A stretch of 45,843 nucleotides of DNA, the filler included, from an uncultured Methanosarcinales archaeon (lineage in GTDB: Archaea; Nanobdellota; Nanobdellia; Woesearchaeales; CAZPJY01), in NCBI GenBank assembly GCA_964587045.1. It is 6 parts of 6 records of this genome, joined end to end, with 100 filler letters (N's around TTAATTAATTAA, not from the genome) between each part and the next. Parts side by side here need not be neighbours in the genome. Positions count along the whole stretch, not along the records: positions 1 to 11,510 come from CAZPJY010000040.1; 5 more parts are not named here. The stretch is one strand, 5' to 3'. This document shows positions 1 to 9,262 of this stretch, in pieces. Each line of letters begins with the position of its first letter. Position 1 is the stretch's first letter. The translations under genes were made by a program, and so were the position numbers. The notes under the pieces are model-generated. The model saw only the letters and a program-made list of their open reading frames with translations. It was not told the DNA's origin and searched no databases.

Positions 1-648
1 GACCTGCTGAAATCTGAATGGATACTGAAAGATAATGACCAACCTCCAGTAGTCAAGGTAGCTCTCAGGAATATCAAGGACTTTGCAAAGCCGATAGAGG
101 TTAAGCACAAGGAACAGGTCTTCCTTTTCTGGAAGTGGCATACAGTCACAAATGAGGAAGCCCAGAGGATAATAACGCAGATAATATCTCCTGAACAAGA
201 AAAACCTCCCGAACAACCTATAGAACCTGCGCCGAAACCGCAGAAGAAGCCAAAATCTGTCAAGAAGCCAGAACCAAAACCGCCTCCAGCAGTTCCCCCG
301 GAGCAGGACAAACTGGCAATCGACCTTTCCGGGTTCACAGACCCCCTGATCAAGAAGATGGCTGTTTACTGCAGCACTTATAAGATCAAGGTCTATAACC
401 TAAAAGTGGTTAGGGCCAAGACAGAGGCGGACGCTGAGGTCGGACTGCCCTCCTCCGTAGGAAGGCTCAGGTATTTCTGCAAGGTTAAAGGCAAACAAAA
501 AATCACTCACGGAGACTTAAGCTCAGTATTTGTACAAGGTCAGATAAAGAAACTACCTGTGCTATTGTTGACGACTGGTAAGCTCACAAAGAAAGCAAAG
601 GAGATGCTTGAATCGGAATTTTCCAACATGAAAGTGAGGAAGATATAA
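1..648 (+). CDS. Hypothetical protein, 5'-truncated, with Pro/Lys-rich linker
   Basis: Frame 1 is open from base 1 (DLLKSEWILKD...VALRNIKDFAKP...LFWKWH) through the tracked 358-648 ORF; its stop abuts the FEN1 start. Confidence 0.75.
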   Translation, partial: DLLKSEWILKDNDQPPVVKVALRNIKDFAKPIEVKHKEQVFLFWKWHTVTNEEAQRIITQIISPEQEKPPEQPIEPAPKPQKKPKSVKKPEPKPPPAVPPEQDKLAIDLSGFTDPLIKKMAVYCSTYKIKVYNLKVVRAKTEADAEVGLPSSVGRLRYFCKVKGKQKITHGDLSSVFVQGQIKKLPVLLLTTGKLTKKAKEMLESEFSNMKVRKI

Positions 649-1659
649 TTGGGCATCAACTTCCGGGATATAATCAACCGTAAGGATATAGAGTTTTCGC
701 AGCTGAACGGCAAGCATCTTGCCATCGACTCTTTCAACATTATCTACCAGTTCCTCGCGACGATACGTCAAAGGGACGGAAGTCTCCTCACAGACTCGAA
801 GGGGAGGGTGACGAGCCACCTTACAGGTCTCTTCTCAAGGACGACCAAGCTGATGGGCTACGGAATGAAACTTGTCTTCGTTTTCGATGGGGAACCGCCC
901 AAACTCAAGTTTCAGGAAAGGGAACGTCGCAGGGCCATCAAGGAGGAAGCGCAAGAAAAATATGAAGAGGCAAAAGACAGGGAAGATTTGGACAGCATGA
1001 AGAAGTACGCTCAGAGAACGTCTAAACTCACACCGCAGATGATAGAGGACGCAAAGCAGCTTCTCGATGCTCTCGGAATCCCAATCGTGCAAGCCCCATC
1101 GGAGGGTGAAGCGCAGGCTGCCCACATGGCACAGAAAGGAGATCTTTATGCCACAGTCTCCCAGGATTATGATTCGCTTCTCTTCAGGACCCCGCGATTG
1201 ATACAGAACCTCACGATTTCGCAGAGGAGGCACCTTCCTGGACAGGTCACATCCCAAAATGTCTCACCCAAGATGATCACCCTTGAGGAAGTATACGCAG
1301 ATCTGGGTGTGACTCACGAGCAGCTCATCGCTCTGGGCATACTAATCGGAACCGACTTCAACCCCGGAGGCGTAAAGGGTATAGGCCCAAAGAAGGCAGT
1401 CCAGTTGGTGAAGAAACACGGTAAGGATTTAGCAGGACTATTTTCTGAGGTCGGTCTAGACGGATGGAAGGAGATTTTCGAAGTTTTTACCAACATACCA
1501 GTAGACGACAAATACAGTCTTGAATGGAATGCCCCTGATAAGGATAAGATTAGGGCGCTCCTCGTTGACAAGCATGATTTCTCGGAAGAGAGGGTTATGT
1601 CCACGATAGAAAGCATATCGACGACAGCAGCCCAAAAGGGTTTGGGGGAATATTTCTGA
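649..1659 (+). CDS. fen: Flap endonuclease 1
   Basis: AIDSFNIIYQFL, VFVFDG, APSEGEAQAA, SQDYDSLLF, GTDFNPGGVKGIGPKKA motifs; C-terminal PIP box QKGLGEYF; TTG start. Confidence 0.98.
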   Translation: MGINFRDIINRKDIEFSQLNGKHLAIDSFNIIYQFLATIRQRDGSLLTDSKGRVTSHLTGLFSRTTKLMGYGMKLVFVFDGEPPKLKFQERERRRAIKEEAQEKYEEAKDREDLDSMKKYAQRTSKLTPQMIEDAKQLLDALGIPIVQAPSEGEAQAAHMAQKGDLYATVSQDYDSLLFRTPRLIQNLTISQRRHLPGQVTSQNVSPKMITLEEVYADLGVTHEQLIALGILIGTDFNPGGVKGIGPKKAVQLVKKHGKDLAGLFSEVGLDGWKEIFEVFTNIPVDDKYSLEWNAPDKDKIRALLVDKHDFSEERVMSTIESISTTAAQKGLGEYF

Positions 1660-2657
1660 TGCTGGCAGTGAAGGTATCCAAGAAGAATGGCCAGAAGGCA
1701 AGGGAATGGCTGTCCAGAAAAGGCGTATTGGCCAAGGCCAAGGTGATGAAAGAGGCAGATCACATCTTCTTCCCGGTCAAGAGACGATTAAAACCACCCT
1801 TCGAATCGTCTTTCGTCCACAGAAAGAGTCAGGGGTTCCAACGAAAGCCGCCCAACCTCAAGGCCGCAGTCAAGCCGTACTTGAACGATGAGGAGATATC
1901 CCACCTCAAGACTGCTTACGATGTTATAGGTGACGTGGCGATACTCGAAATAGACAAAGAACTAATCAAGAAGCAGAAGGCAATAGCAAAGGCGCTCCTA
2001 GAACTGCATCCGTCCATAAAGACCGTTCTTAAGAAAGGCGGCGTGCATGAGGGAGAGTTCAGGACCCAAAGGATGGTATGGATTGGCGGAAAGCGCACTA
2101 AAGAGGCAACATGCAAGGAAAATGGGGTCTCTTTGACCCTAGATGTCGAGAAGGTCTACTTCTCGGTCAGACTCGCAACGGAAAGGAAGAGGATATCAGC
2201 CCTCGTTCGGCCCGGCGAGAGGGTGCTGATCATGTTCTCAGGATGCGCACCATACCCTGTGGTGATTTCGAAGAACACAGAAGCAAGAGAAATCATAGGA
2301 ATCGAGATAAACCCAGTCGCTCACGCATACGGCCTGATAAACTGCAAGGACAACAAGGCAGACAATGTGACCCTCCTCTTGGGTGATGTGAGAAAAGTAA
2401 AAGCGAGAGGGACCTTCGACAGGATTGTGATGCCTCTTCCAAAGACAGGGGAAGAGTTCCTCCCGCTGGCGATCAAGTACGCCCACAAGGGGACAGTCAT
2501 CCACTACTACGCGTTCGTGAAGGAAGAGGAGATAAAAGCTTACGGAAAGAAAGTTGAGGGAATGTGTAAGCGTTGCAGGGTCAAGCGCAAGGTGAAATGC
2601 GGACAGCACGCCCCCAGGGTTTTCCGGGTCTGCTACGATATCGAGGTGGATAGATGA
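1659..2657 (+). CDS. Trm5/Taw2 (Met-10+) family tRNA methyltransferase
   Basis: AYDVIGDVAI, VYFSVRLATERKRI, MFSGCAPY, GIEINP, FDRIVMPLP motifs; 1-nt overlap with fen stop. Confidence 0.9.
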   Translation: MLAVKVSKKNGQKAREWLSRKGVLAKAKVMKEADHIFFPVKRRLKPPFESSFVHRKSQGFQRKPPNLKAAVKPYLNDEEISHLKTAYDVIGDVAILEIDKELIKKQKAIAKALLELHPSIKTVLKKGGVHEGEFRTQRMVWIGGKRTKEATCKENGVSLTLDVEKVYFSVRLATERKRISALVRPGERVLIMFSGCAPYPVVISKNTEAREIIGIEINPVAHAYGLINCKDNKADNVTLLLGDVRKVKARGTFDRIVMPLPKTGEEFLPLAIKYAHKGTVIHYYAFVKEEEIKAYGKKVEGMCKRCRVKRKVKCGQHAPRVFRVCYDIEVDR

Positions 2658-3856
2658 CACTGAACAGGTCGCACCACCATCTCAAGCACTTCCTACACCC
2701 AAAGATCTCAATAAAGGAACACGAGCAGTTCACTGTTGACATCCTCATGGTGATGTTCGGCTTCATAGTGCCAGTCCTCCTCTGGTTCCTGCCACTACAC
2801 CTTGACGCCATTGGCATACCCGGTTGGCAGATAGGGATTCTGTTTTCGCTCAGCACCATATTCGGCCTATTGGCGGCCGTGGAGTTCGGCATACTGAACG
2901 ACATATTCTCCTCCAAATTCCTGATAATTGTCAGCCTGATGATTCTTGCACTCGCGACCGCCGGGTTCGTTTTCGCGCAGAGGATTTGGCTGCTGGCATT
3001 CATCTTCATGCTCCTAGGTCTGGGAAGAACCCTTTTTTCCGAATCCATGAACTCATTCGAATTCAGAAAACTCAGGCAGAACAAGGGAATCAATATGGGA
3101 GCGTACTTCTCATCCGAGGCTATTGGTGTCGGGCTGGGGCTTTTTGCCTTTGGGTATATACTGTCCCTGCTTAACTTCAACAAATTATTCATAATATGTG
3201 CTCTTGGGCTGTTGGCGCTTCCGCTCTTGCTGATAAAGTTCACCAATACGAAAGGCATATCAGCCCCGATGAAAGTCTACCTGAACGATTTCCATAAGTT
3301 CGACGTTTTGGTGTTCCTGGCCACTATTTTCCTGTTTACCCTGCATTGGGGGGCCGAATCAACTTCGTATGCCCTCTTCCTAAAGTACAACATATCCCTC
3401 AACTTGTTCCACGTGGGGGTGTTCATGGCCATCCCGTTCTTCCCCTTGGGTCTGTCAGCTGTTGGGACCGGGTGGCTTGTAGACCGCGGATGGGATATAA
3501 AGAAGCTGTTCATAGGAAGCGCTTTGCTTTCCGGTTTGGGATACTTTGCGATGAGCCTGTCGACCAACCCGCTGGTGGCCCAGCTTTGGAGGATTGTGCA
3601 CGAATTGGGCGACGGCGCTTTCGGTGTCTTTCTCCTCATAGGGGTGATGAAACTGTTCTCAAGGGAGAGGATGGGGGGAGATGCGGGGATGGTCTATTTC
3701 GTCGCGACGCTCGGGGCGTTTGTCGGCGCATTGGTCTTTGGGGCTCTTGGCGACTGGTACGGCTATAGGATTCCTGGTATAGTTTCCGGTGCCATAGCGA
3801 TATTCGTCGGCTTGCTCTGGATTCCACTTCTGAGAAGAAAGAATTTTAAATTGTGA
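2654..3856 (+). CDS. Major facilitator superfamily transporter
   Basis: About 12 hydrophobic segments; motif-A-like GILND, GWLVDRG and GALGDWYG; ATGA overlap with upstream gene. Confidence 0.88.
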   Translation: MTLNRSHHHLKHFLHPKISIKEHEQFTVDILMVMFGFIVPVLLWFLPLHLDAIGIPGWQIGILFSLSTIFGLLAAVEFGILNDIFSSKFLIIVSLMILALATAGFVFAQRIWLLAFIFMLLGLGRTLFSESMNSFEFRKLRQNKGINMGAYFSSEAIGVGLGLFAFGYILSLLNFNKLFIICALGLLALPLLLIKFTNTKGISAPMKVYLNDFHKFDVLVFLATIFLFTLHWGAESTSYALFLKYNISLNLFHVGVFMAIPFFPLGLSAVGTGWLVDRGWDIKKLFIGSALLSGLGYFAMSLSTNPLVAQLWRIVHELGDGAFGVFLLIGVMKLFSRERMGGDAGMVYFVATLGAFVGALVFGALGDWYGYRIPGIVSGAIAIFVGLLWIPLLRRKNFKL

Positions 3857-3871
3857 GAGAAGCCCCCTTAT

Positions 3872-3946
3872 TGGTGTGCGATGATTTGGTGAACACCCAA
3901 TGAGGCTTCGGCCGATGATTAACGGAAGTAACTGATGAGCACACCA
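3872..3946 (+). ncRNA. Box C/D methylation-guide sRNA
   Basis: 8-bp terminal stem TGGTGTGC(3872-79)/GCACACCA(3939-46); box C GCGATGA 3878-84; guide 3885-99; D' ATGA 3900-03; GGC-TTCG-GCC hairpin; C' GATGA 3914-18; guide 3919-31; box D CTGA 3932-35; followed by a T-run. Confidence 0.85.
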
Positions 3947-3949
3947 CCC

Positions 3950-3960
3950 TTTTTTATATT
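3950..3960 (+). promoter_or_regulatory. T-run / TATA box: likely sRNA terminator and promoter of the SLT gene
   Basis: TTTTTTATATT about 25 nt upstream of ATG 3983. Confidence 0.5.
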
Positions 3961-3982
3961 AATGATTCTCCCCAGCCCGACT

Positions 3983-4492
3983 ATGCGATTCAAGGAACTT
4001 TTAATCATTGGAGGGGCCGTAGTGGTCGGAGCCCTCGGTCCACTCTTCGTCATCACCGAAGGTAGCAATATGTACCAAGCATGGGAAGCTGAGCAATTTG
4101 AGGAAAGAGCCTACGTCTCCCAAATCGCTGACAGCCTAGGTCTCGACCGTAACCTAGTGCTTGCGGTAATCAAGGTTGAATCCAACTTCGATTCACATGC
4201 GATCTCCTATAAGGGTGCGAAGGGGCTCATGCAGCTGTGTGATGGTACCGCAAGAGAAGTTGGAGTCGACGATGCGTTCGACCCCCAACAGAATATACGA
4301 GGGGGGTCAGCCTACCTCGCAGGACTTTTGCAGCGTTTTAGCACACTTGACGAGGCGCTTGCGGCTTATAATGCTGGCCCTGAGCGGTTGAAGGAGTATG
4401 GTGGGGTGCCGCCGTTCCCGCGGACCAATTCTTTTCTGAAAGATGTCAAGAGATTCAAGAAACTCTATGCTGAGAGGGTCGACTGGGATTAA
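3983..4492 (+). CDS. Lytic transglycosylase (SLT domain) with N-terminal membrane anchor or signal peptide
   Basis: AVIKVESNFDSHAIS (catalytic Glu), GAKGLMQL, FDPQQNIRGG, ALAAYNAGP, GGVPPFP; true start most likely MRFKELLIIGG at 3983. Confidence 0.93.
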   Translation: MRFKELLIIGGAVVVGALGPLFVITEGSNMYQAWEAEQFEERAYVSQIADSLGLDRNLVLAVIKVESNFDSHAISYKGAKGLMQLCDGTAREVGVDDAFDPQQNIRGGSAYLAGLLQRFSTLDEALAAYNAGPERLKEYGGVPPFPRTNSFLKDVKRFKKLYAERVDWD

Positions 4493-5631
4493 CCAAACAT
4501 GCCGAGGTAGTCCTTGCCTTCGAGCCTTTCTTCTTCCTTGACCTTGTCAATTGACTTCAACAGGTCCTTTTCGAAGATCTTGGTTCTGTTCGCCCTGATG
4601 GCGAAATACCCAGCTTCGGTGCATACGGCCTTTATCTCAGCTCCTGAGAAACCGTCCATCTGTTCTAGGATTTTCTTGGTGTTTATCTTAGAATCGAGAG
4701 TCATGTACTTGGTGTGTATGTTGAATATCTCCTTCCTACCGTCGAAATCCGGTACGGGCACGTAGATGAGCCTGTCGAGCCTTCCCGGCCTGATGATAGC
4801 CGGGTCCAGGATGTCCTTTCTGTTGGTGCATCCGATGACTTTGACATTATCGAGAGGCTCAAAGCCGTCGAGCTCCGCCAGGAACTGCATGAAGGTCCGC
4901 TGGACCTCCCTCTCTCCTGAGGTGCCTATCTCGATTCTCGTGGCCGCGATGGCATCCAGCTCGTCGATGAATACGATTGAGGGTGCTTTTTCCCTTGCGA
5001 GCTCGAACACCTCCTTTACTAGCTTAGCCCCTTCACCAATGAACTTCTGGACCAGCTCTGATCCGACGAGCTCTATGAATGTAGACTTGGTCGAGGAAGC
5101 GACAGCTTTGGCAAGCAGGGTCTTGCCGGTCCCAGGTGGGCCGTGCAGGAGGATTCCCTTCGGCGGCGTGATGCCTATCCTCTTGAATAGCTCCGGTTTC
5201 TTCAGCGGCAGCTCGATCACTTCCTTGATTTCCTCCGTCTGCTTCTTCAGCCCACCGATTTGGCTCCATTTGGTCTTTGGGTTCTCAAGGATTACGAACT
5301 TTTCGACGTTGTATTTCTTTGTATTGTTAATCACCCTGACTATGTTCAGGTTCTTTTGGTCGCACAGGACGGCATCACCGACTGAGAGCTTCTCTAGCTC
5401 GGGAGATATTTCAACATAGAACATATTCCCGTTTGGAACCTTTATCACGGCCTTATCTTCGTATACCTCAGCCACATCGCATACCATCAAAGGAGGGCGT
5501 GTCATGCGCTCAAGAGCGTCCTTTAGCTTGGAGACCGTCTCCTTGAGTACCCTGTTCTCCTCCTCGATGTCGTCAGGGTCATATGTGTAGTTGTAGACTA
5601 TTTCCTTGATTTTCTTGTCCCTTATGCTCAT
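4489..5631 (-). CDS. pan: Proteasome-activating nucleotidase (AAA+ ATPase)
   Basis: Coiled coil plus OB fold, GPPGTGKTLLAKA, QKFIGEG, IDELDAI, REVQRT, RPGRLDR; C-terminal MFG tail. Confidence 0.96.
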   Translation of the reverse strand: MSIRDKKIKEIVYNYTYDPDDIEEENRVLKETVSKLKDALERMTRPPLMVCDVAEVYEDKAVIKVPNGNMFYVEISPELEKLSVGDAVLCDQKNLNIVRVINNTKKYNVEKFVILENPKTKWSQIGGLKKQTEEIKEVIELPLKKPELFKRIGITPPKGILLHGPPGTGKTLLAKAVASSTKSTFIELVGSELVQKFIGEGAKLVKEVFELAREKAPSIVFIDELDAIAATRIEIGTSGEREVQRTFMQFLAELDGFEPLDNVKVIGCTNRKDILDPAIIRPGRLDRLIYVPVPDFDGRKEIFNIHTKYMTLDSKINTKKILEQMDGFSGAEIKAVCTEAGYFAIRANRTKIFEKDLLKSIDKVKEEERLEGKDYLGMFG

Positions 5632-5652
5632 GACCGTCGGGAAGGCACAGGC

Positions 5653-5667
5653 TATTTAAAAAGGTTT
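5653..5667 (-). promoter_or_regulatory. Archaeal BRE/TATA promoter of pan
   Basis: Minus strand AAACCTTTTTAAATA, TATA 22-29 nt upstream of the ATG. Confidence 0.6.
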
Positions 5668-5676
5668 GGTAGAAGG

Positions 5677-6918
5677 TTAAAAAATTAGGCGCAAGGCGTC
5701 AGTGGCAAGCCCGCCCGTATAAATCCCCATGCGCTGCTCGACATCCTTTCCAATCGAGAGCACATTGTTGAGTACGTCAATCACCTTGCCAGATATCATG
5801 AACTCCTTTACTGCACTCCCCTTCAGCCAGTAGGCGCAGTCCACCTTAAGCGAGAAGTCCGTGGTTATGGGGTTGGCGGTGTGGGCTCCGATGACTGAGT
5901 CGATGACGAGGGCTTCATCGAGATTGCGATGCTTGCCTTCGATAATGATGTTGTTGAAGTCGATTCCATCATGGTCCGCGTTTCCCGTGCTGTCAAGGCC
6001 GGCGTGCTTTGCGGTGTTGAAGTCGTATATGAATCTCTTCAATACCCCTTTCTTTATGATCGTGTTCACCTGTTTAGGGGTTCCCTCGTAGTCGAACCTG
6101 CTGCTCCTCACCCCGTTGTCCATCAGACCGTCATCTGTTACGGTCAGGTCTGGTGAGATTATGATTTCACCCTTCTTCTCATCGAAGATGGTCTTCTTCT
6201 TCTCAAGGTTCTTGCCGTTGAGGTTGTCGAAGAAGGAATAGGTGAGCATGTTGGCGATCACCATGGGAGTCAGGATTACCACTTTCGGAGTGGTCGCTTT
6301 CACCCGCTTCTGGCATCGCAGGGTCTTGTCCTTCACCTCCCTGGTTAGCCTCTCGATGTCCACCATCGAAGTGCCCGTTATATAGTCCCATGCAGATGAA
6401 GTCTCGCCCTTATGGTATACCATTGATACAGATGCTTGGGTGTGGGTCTCCCTGTCAGTTCCGACGACTCCGTTTGAGTTGGCCATGGAGATTGATGCAA
6501 GGGTCCGGCTGATGTTGCCCTCTGCGAGGGTCACGCCTTCGCTTGCTTTAATCATCTCCTTGGCCTTTTGGATGAGGGAGTCAACATCCAGCGCCGCAAC
6601 CTCTTTTTCGAAGACCTTGACGTTTGGGTATCTGCTCTTTTCTGGAAGTCCGTAGAAGTATTCGCTCTTCGGAGCGCACTTGGCCATCTTTATGGCCCTG
6701 TCAACCACTTCCTTGCCTATCTTGTTGGAGAAAGAGAATCCCTCCTTGCCATCTATCACTGCGCGGACCATCACTGTATTAGCTATGCTGGAGTCGAAAG
6801 AGCTTATCTGCCCGTTCTTGACCTCAAGCCCCATCTCATCGATGGTAGTTAGGCTGACTTGGACGCAATCGGCCTCCTTATCGCCGTGTTTCACCATCCG
6901 TAGGACTTCGTCTTCCAT
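5677..6918 (-). CDS. pmbA: TldD/PmbA family protein (PmbA/TldE-like)
   Basis: LTVTDDG, SSRFDYEGTP, STGNA, HTANPITTDFS; directly downstream of tldD; lacks HExxxH. Confidence 0.88.
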   Translation of the reverse strand: MEDEVLRMVKHGDKEADCVQVSLTTIDEMGLEVKNGQISSFDSSIANTVMVRAVIDGKEGFSFSNKIGKEVVDRAIKMAKCAPKSEYFYGLPEKSRYPNVKVFEKEVAALDVDSLIQKAKEMIKASEGVTLAEGNISRTLASISMANSNGVVGTDRETHTQASVSMVYHKGETSSAWDYITGTSMVDIERLTREVKDKTLRCQKRVKATTPKVVILTPMVIANMLTYSFFDNLNGKNLEKKKTIFDEKKGEIIISPDLTVTDDGLMDNGVRSSRFDYEGTPKQVNTIIKKGVLKRFIYDFNTAKHAGLDSTGNADHDGIDFNNIIIEGKHRNLDEALVIDSVIGAHTANPITTDFSLKVDCAYWLKGSAVKEFMISGKVIDVLNNVLSIGKDVEQRMGIYTGGLATDALRLIF

Positions 6919-8271
6919 CTACTTGCCTCCGACTGTGGCTTCCCTGAGCAGGATATGGGGGTTGTTTCCGATCACGGGAACCCTCTGACCCCCTTTGCCG
7001 CAGTAGCCGGGGAGTCCTGTATCATACTTGTTGCTGATCCTCACGATATTGTTCAGCGTGGCCAGGGTGTTCCCTCCTAAGGACAGGCCCCTCAACCTTT
7101 TGGTTATCTCACCCTTCTCGATAAGGAAACCTTCCTGTGCCGAGAACTGGAACGTACCCTTGGCCGGATCCACCTGGCCTCCTTTGCTTCCCTTGAGGTA
7201 GAAACCGAGCTTGATGCCCTCAAACAGTTCATCCTTCTCGTACGTTCCCTTCTTGATGTAAGTGTTTGACATCCTGACCTGCGGCTGGAAGTTTATCCCT
7301 TCGCTCCTGCCATTGCCCGTCGGCTTGCTGCCGAACTGGGCTGCCGTTTCCCTGCTGTGTATGAATCCTTTGAGCATTCCCTTCTCGATGAGCACGGTCT
7401 TCTGGGCAGGTATGCCTTCCTGGTCGAAATAGTAGGAGCCCCAATTACCCTCGATGGTTGCGTCGTCTATGACCGTTACGGACTCAGGGGCTATCTGCTC
7501 GCCCATTCTGCCGTCCAGGATTGACTCTTTCTGGATGACGTGGTCAGCCTCTGCTGCATGCCCTAAAGCCTCATGAATGAAGACATCTGCGAGTTGGGCA
7601 TCGCACACAACCGGGAACCTTCCCCCTTTTGGGATGATTGCGTTTAGGAGGGATTTGGCCTTCTCAGTGGCTGTATCTACGACGCCGGGCAGGAGCTTGA
7701 GGAGCTCGTAGCCCCCGAGGCGCCCAATCCTGTGGTCATAGGTCTCGACGAAGCCCTTCTTTGCGGTCGCAGATGACCCGACGAACACGTAGGTCAGCTT
7801 CTCCCGGATATCGGAGCCTTCGGAATTCAGGAAATGCATGGTCCTGATGACGTCGGTCACGGCTGCCTCGACGCTCTTAATCACGCCGCCTAGACGCTCC
7901 TTGGACAGTTTGAGTACCAGGTCTTTCCTCTCCTCGAAAGATATGTCCTCTGCCGCAATCCTGCACTTGTTCTCCTTTTCGCCGGAAATCTGCTTGAAAG
8001 GTGCAAACGACCTCTTGGAGGAGTGGGCGTCCATGGCCCTTGCGATCTTCAAGGCCCTCTTTGCCGAAGATACTATATCATCCTTCTCAGAAGAAACGAA
8101 GCCCAGACCGTTTCCTGACAGAACACGCACCGAGTGACCTCCCCTCTCCCCGGTGTGGAAGGTCTTTATCTCCCCGTTCCAGGCGACCACTGAGTTGTTC
8201 TGGATGCAGCCTTCCCTGAAATCCCAATACCGGACTTCCGGCACATCGAGGACCCTTCTAAGCTTTTCCAT
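6919..8271 (-). CDS. tldD: TldD metalloprotease
   Basis: FIHEALGHAAEAD, FDQEG, TGNGR, RMSNTY, GGQVD, CGKGGQRVPV. Confidence 0.95.
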   Translation of the reverse strand: MEKLRRVLDVPEVRYWDFREGCIQNNSVVAWNGEIKTFHTGERGGHSVRVLSGNGLGFVSSEKDDIVSSAKRALKIARAMDAHSSKRSFAPFKQISGEKENKCRIAAEDISFEERKDLVLKLSKERLGGVIKSVEAAVTDVIRTMHFLNSEGSDIREKLTYVFVGSSATAKKGFVETYDHRIGRLGGYELLKLLPGVVDTATEKAKSLLNAIIPKGGRFPVVCDAQLADVFIHEALGHAAEADHVIQKESILDGRMGEQIAPESVTVIDDATIEGNWGSYYFDQEGIPAQKTVLIEKGMLKGFIHSRETAAQFGSKPTGNGRSEGINFQPQVRMSNTYIKKGTYEKDELFEGIKLGFYLKGSKGGQVDPAKGTFQFSAQEGFLIEKGEITKRLRGLSLGGNTLATLNNIVRISNKYDTGLPGYCGKGGQRVPVIGNNPHILLREATVGGK

Positions 8272-8363
8272 CCCACAACGAAATATATTCGTCTTTAAAA
8301 ATATACCTTAATTCCGACGCTGCTTCGACAATGTTTATATACGCAGGCGGGCTCCTGGGTTTC

Positions 8364-9215
8364 ATGCTGTCTGTTACGATGCTCACCGGATTCCTCTACT
8401 GCAGACGGAAGCTCTACCTCGAGAGGGTGCTCGGCTTGAAGGTAGAAGTGCCGCCGCAGCAGGTGCTGGAAGGCACGATAATACACGCCGCGATTGAATA
8501 CACCAACGTCACGGAAAGGGATTTGGTCTGCTCTATTGACAAGCTCGAGACCAAGGAAGCGCTCGAGGACAAGTACAAGAGGTGGTCCATGGAGCTGCTC
8601 AGGAAAGCCATCCTCCTCAATAGGAGGGAAGCATCAGAGCTCGGCCTGGAGCTACTCAAACTCTTCCGCGGGCTGTGGCCCGCGCTGGAGATGCACGCTC
8701 TGGACAGGGCACACAACCTCTTCGAGTTCCAGTCCCAAACCAAACTGATTGGAGAGGGCCTGTGGGAAGCGTTGACCCCCAAGATCAGAGCCGAAGTGAA
8801 AGTGAAGGCACAGAAGCTCGGGCTGGTAGGTGTGATTGACTGGCTGGAAAAGGAGGGGGAAGAATACACCCCGCATGAGTTGAAGAACGCCACTGCTCCG
8901 AGGGAGGGGGTCTGGCATGATCACATGATCCAGGTCGCGGCCTATGCCATGATACTTTCGGAGGCCCACGGGAAAGTTGTGGGGAAGGGATATGTGCATT
9001 ACCTGAAGAACGGCGCTCTGCGGCCTGTGGTCGTCAACGCTTTCCTTAGGGATGAGGTGGAAAGGCTCATCCGCCAGGTGGGAGATCTCGTATCCGGCAG
9101 CCAGATTCCGCCGTATGTTGAAAACAAGAAAAAGTGTGAAAAATGTCCGCACAAGGCGATTTGCTACGACGGGGAAGCAATTAGGAAGCTCCTCAATGAG
9201 CACCAAAACATTTAA
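8364..9215 (+). CDS. Solo Cas4-family (PD-(D/E)xK, 4Fe-4S) nuclease
   Basis: YCRRKLYL, GTIIH, LVGVID..ELK, QVAAYAMIL, KCEKCPHKAIC (1+3 Cys); no array or other cas genes on the contig; start MLSVTML chosen. Confidence 0.88.
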   Translation: MLSVTMLTGFLYCRRKLYLERVLGLKVEVPPQQVLEGTIIHAAIEYTNVTERDLVCSIDKLETKEALEDKYKRWSMELLRKAILLNRREASELGLELLKLFRGLWPALEMHALDRAHNLFEFQSQTKLIGEGLWEALTPKIRAEVKVKAQKLGLVGVIDWLEKEGEEYTPHELKNATAPREGVWHDHMIQVAAYAMILSEAHGKVVGKGYVHYLKNGALRPVVVNAFLRDEVERLIRQVGDLVSGSQIPPYVENKKKCEKCPHKAICYDGEAIRKLLNEHQNI

Positions 9216-9262
9216 ATACAAGCTGAATATCATGTATTTATCGATTATAAGGGTGGACATTC

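Noticed and set aside
3935..3982. N-terminal extension of the SLT ORF
   Set aside because: Overlaps the sRNA 3' stem and TATA box; ATG 3983 gives a normal signal or anchor
5677..8271. TldD/PmbA as a sign of a RiPP cluster
   Set aside because: Widespread pair; no precursor peptide or YcaO nearby
8364..9215. CRISPR-Cas locus
   Set aside because: No repeat-spacer array and no cas1/cas2 seen in the window
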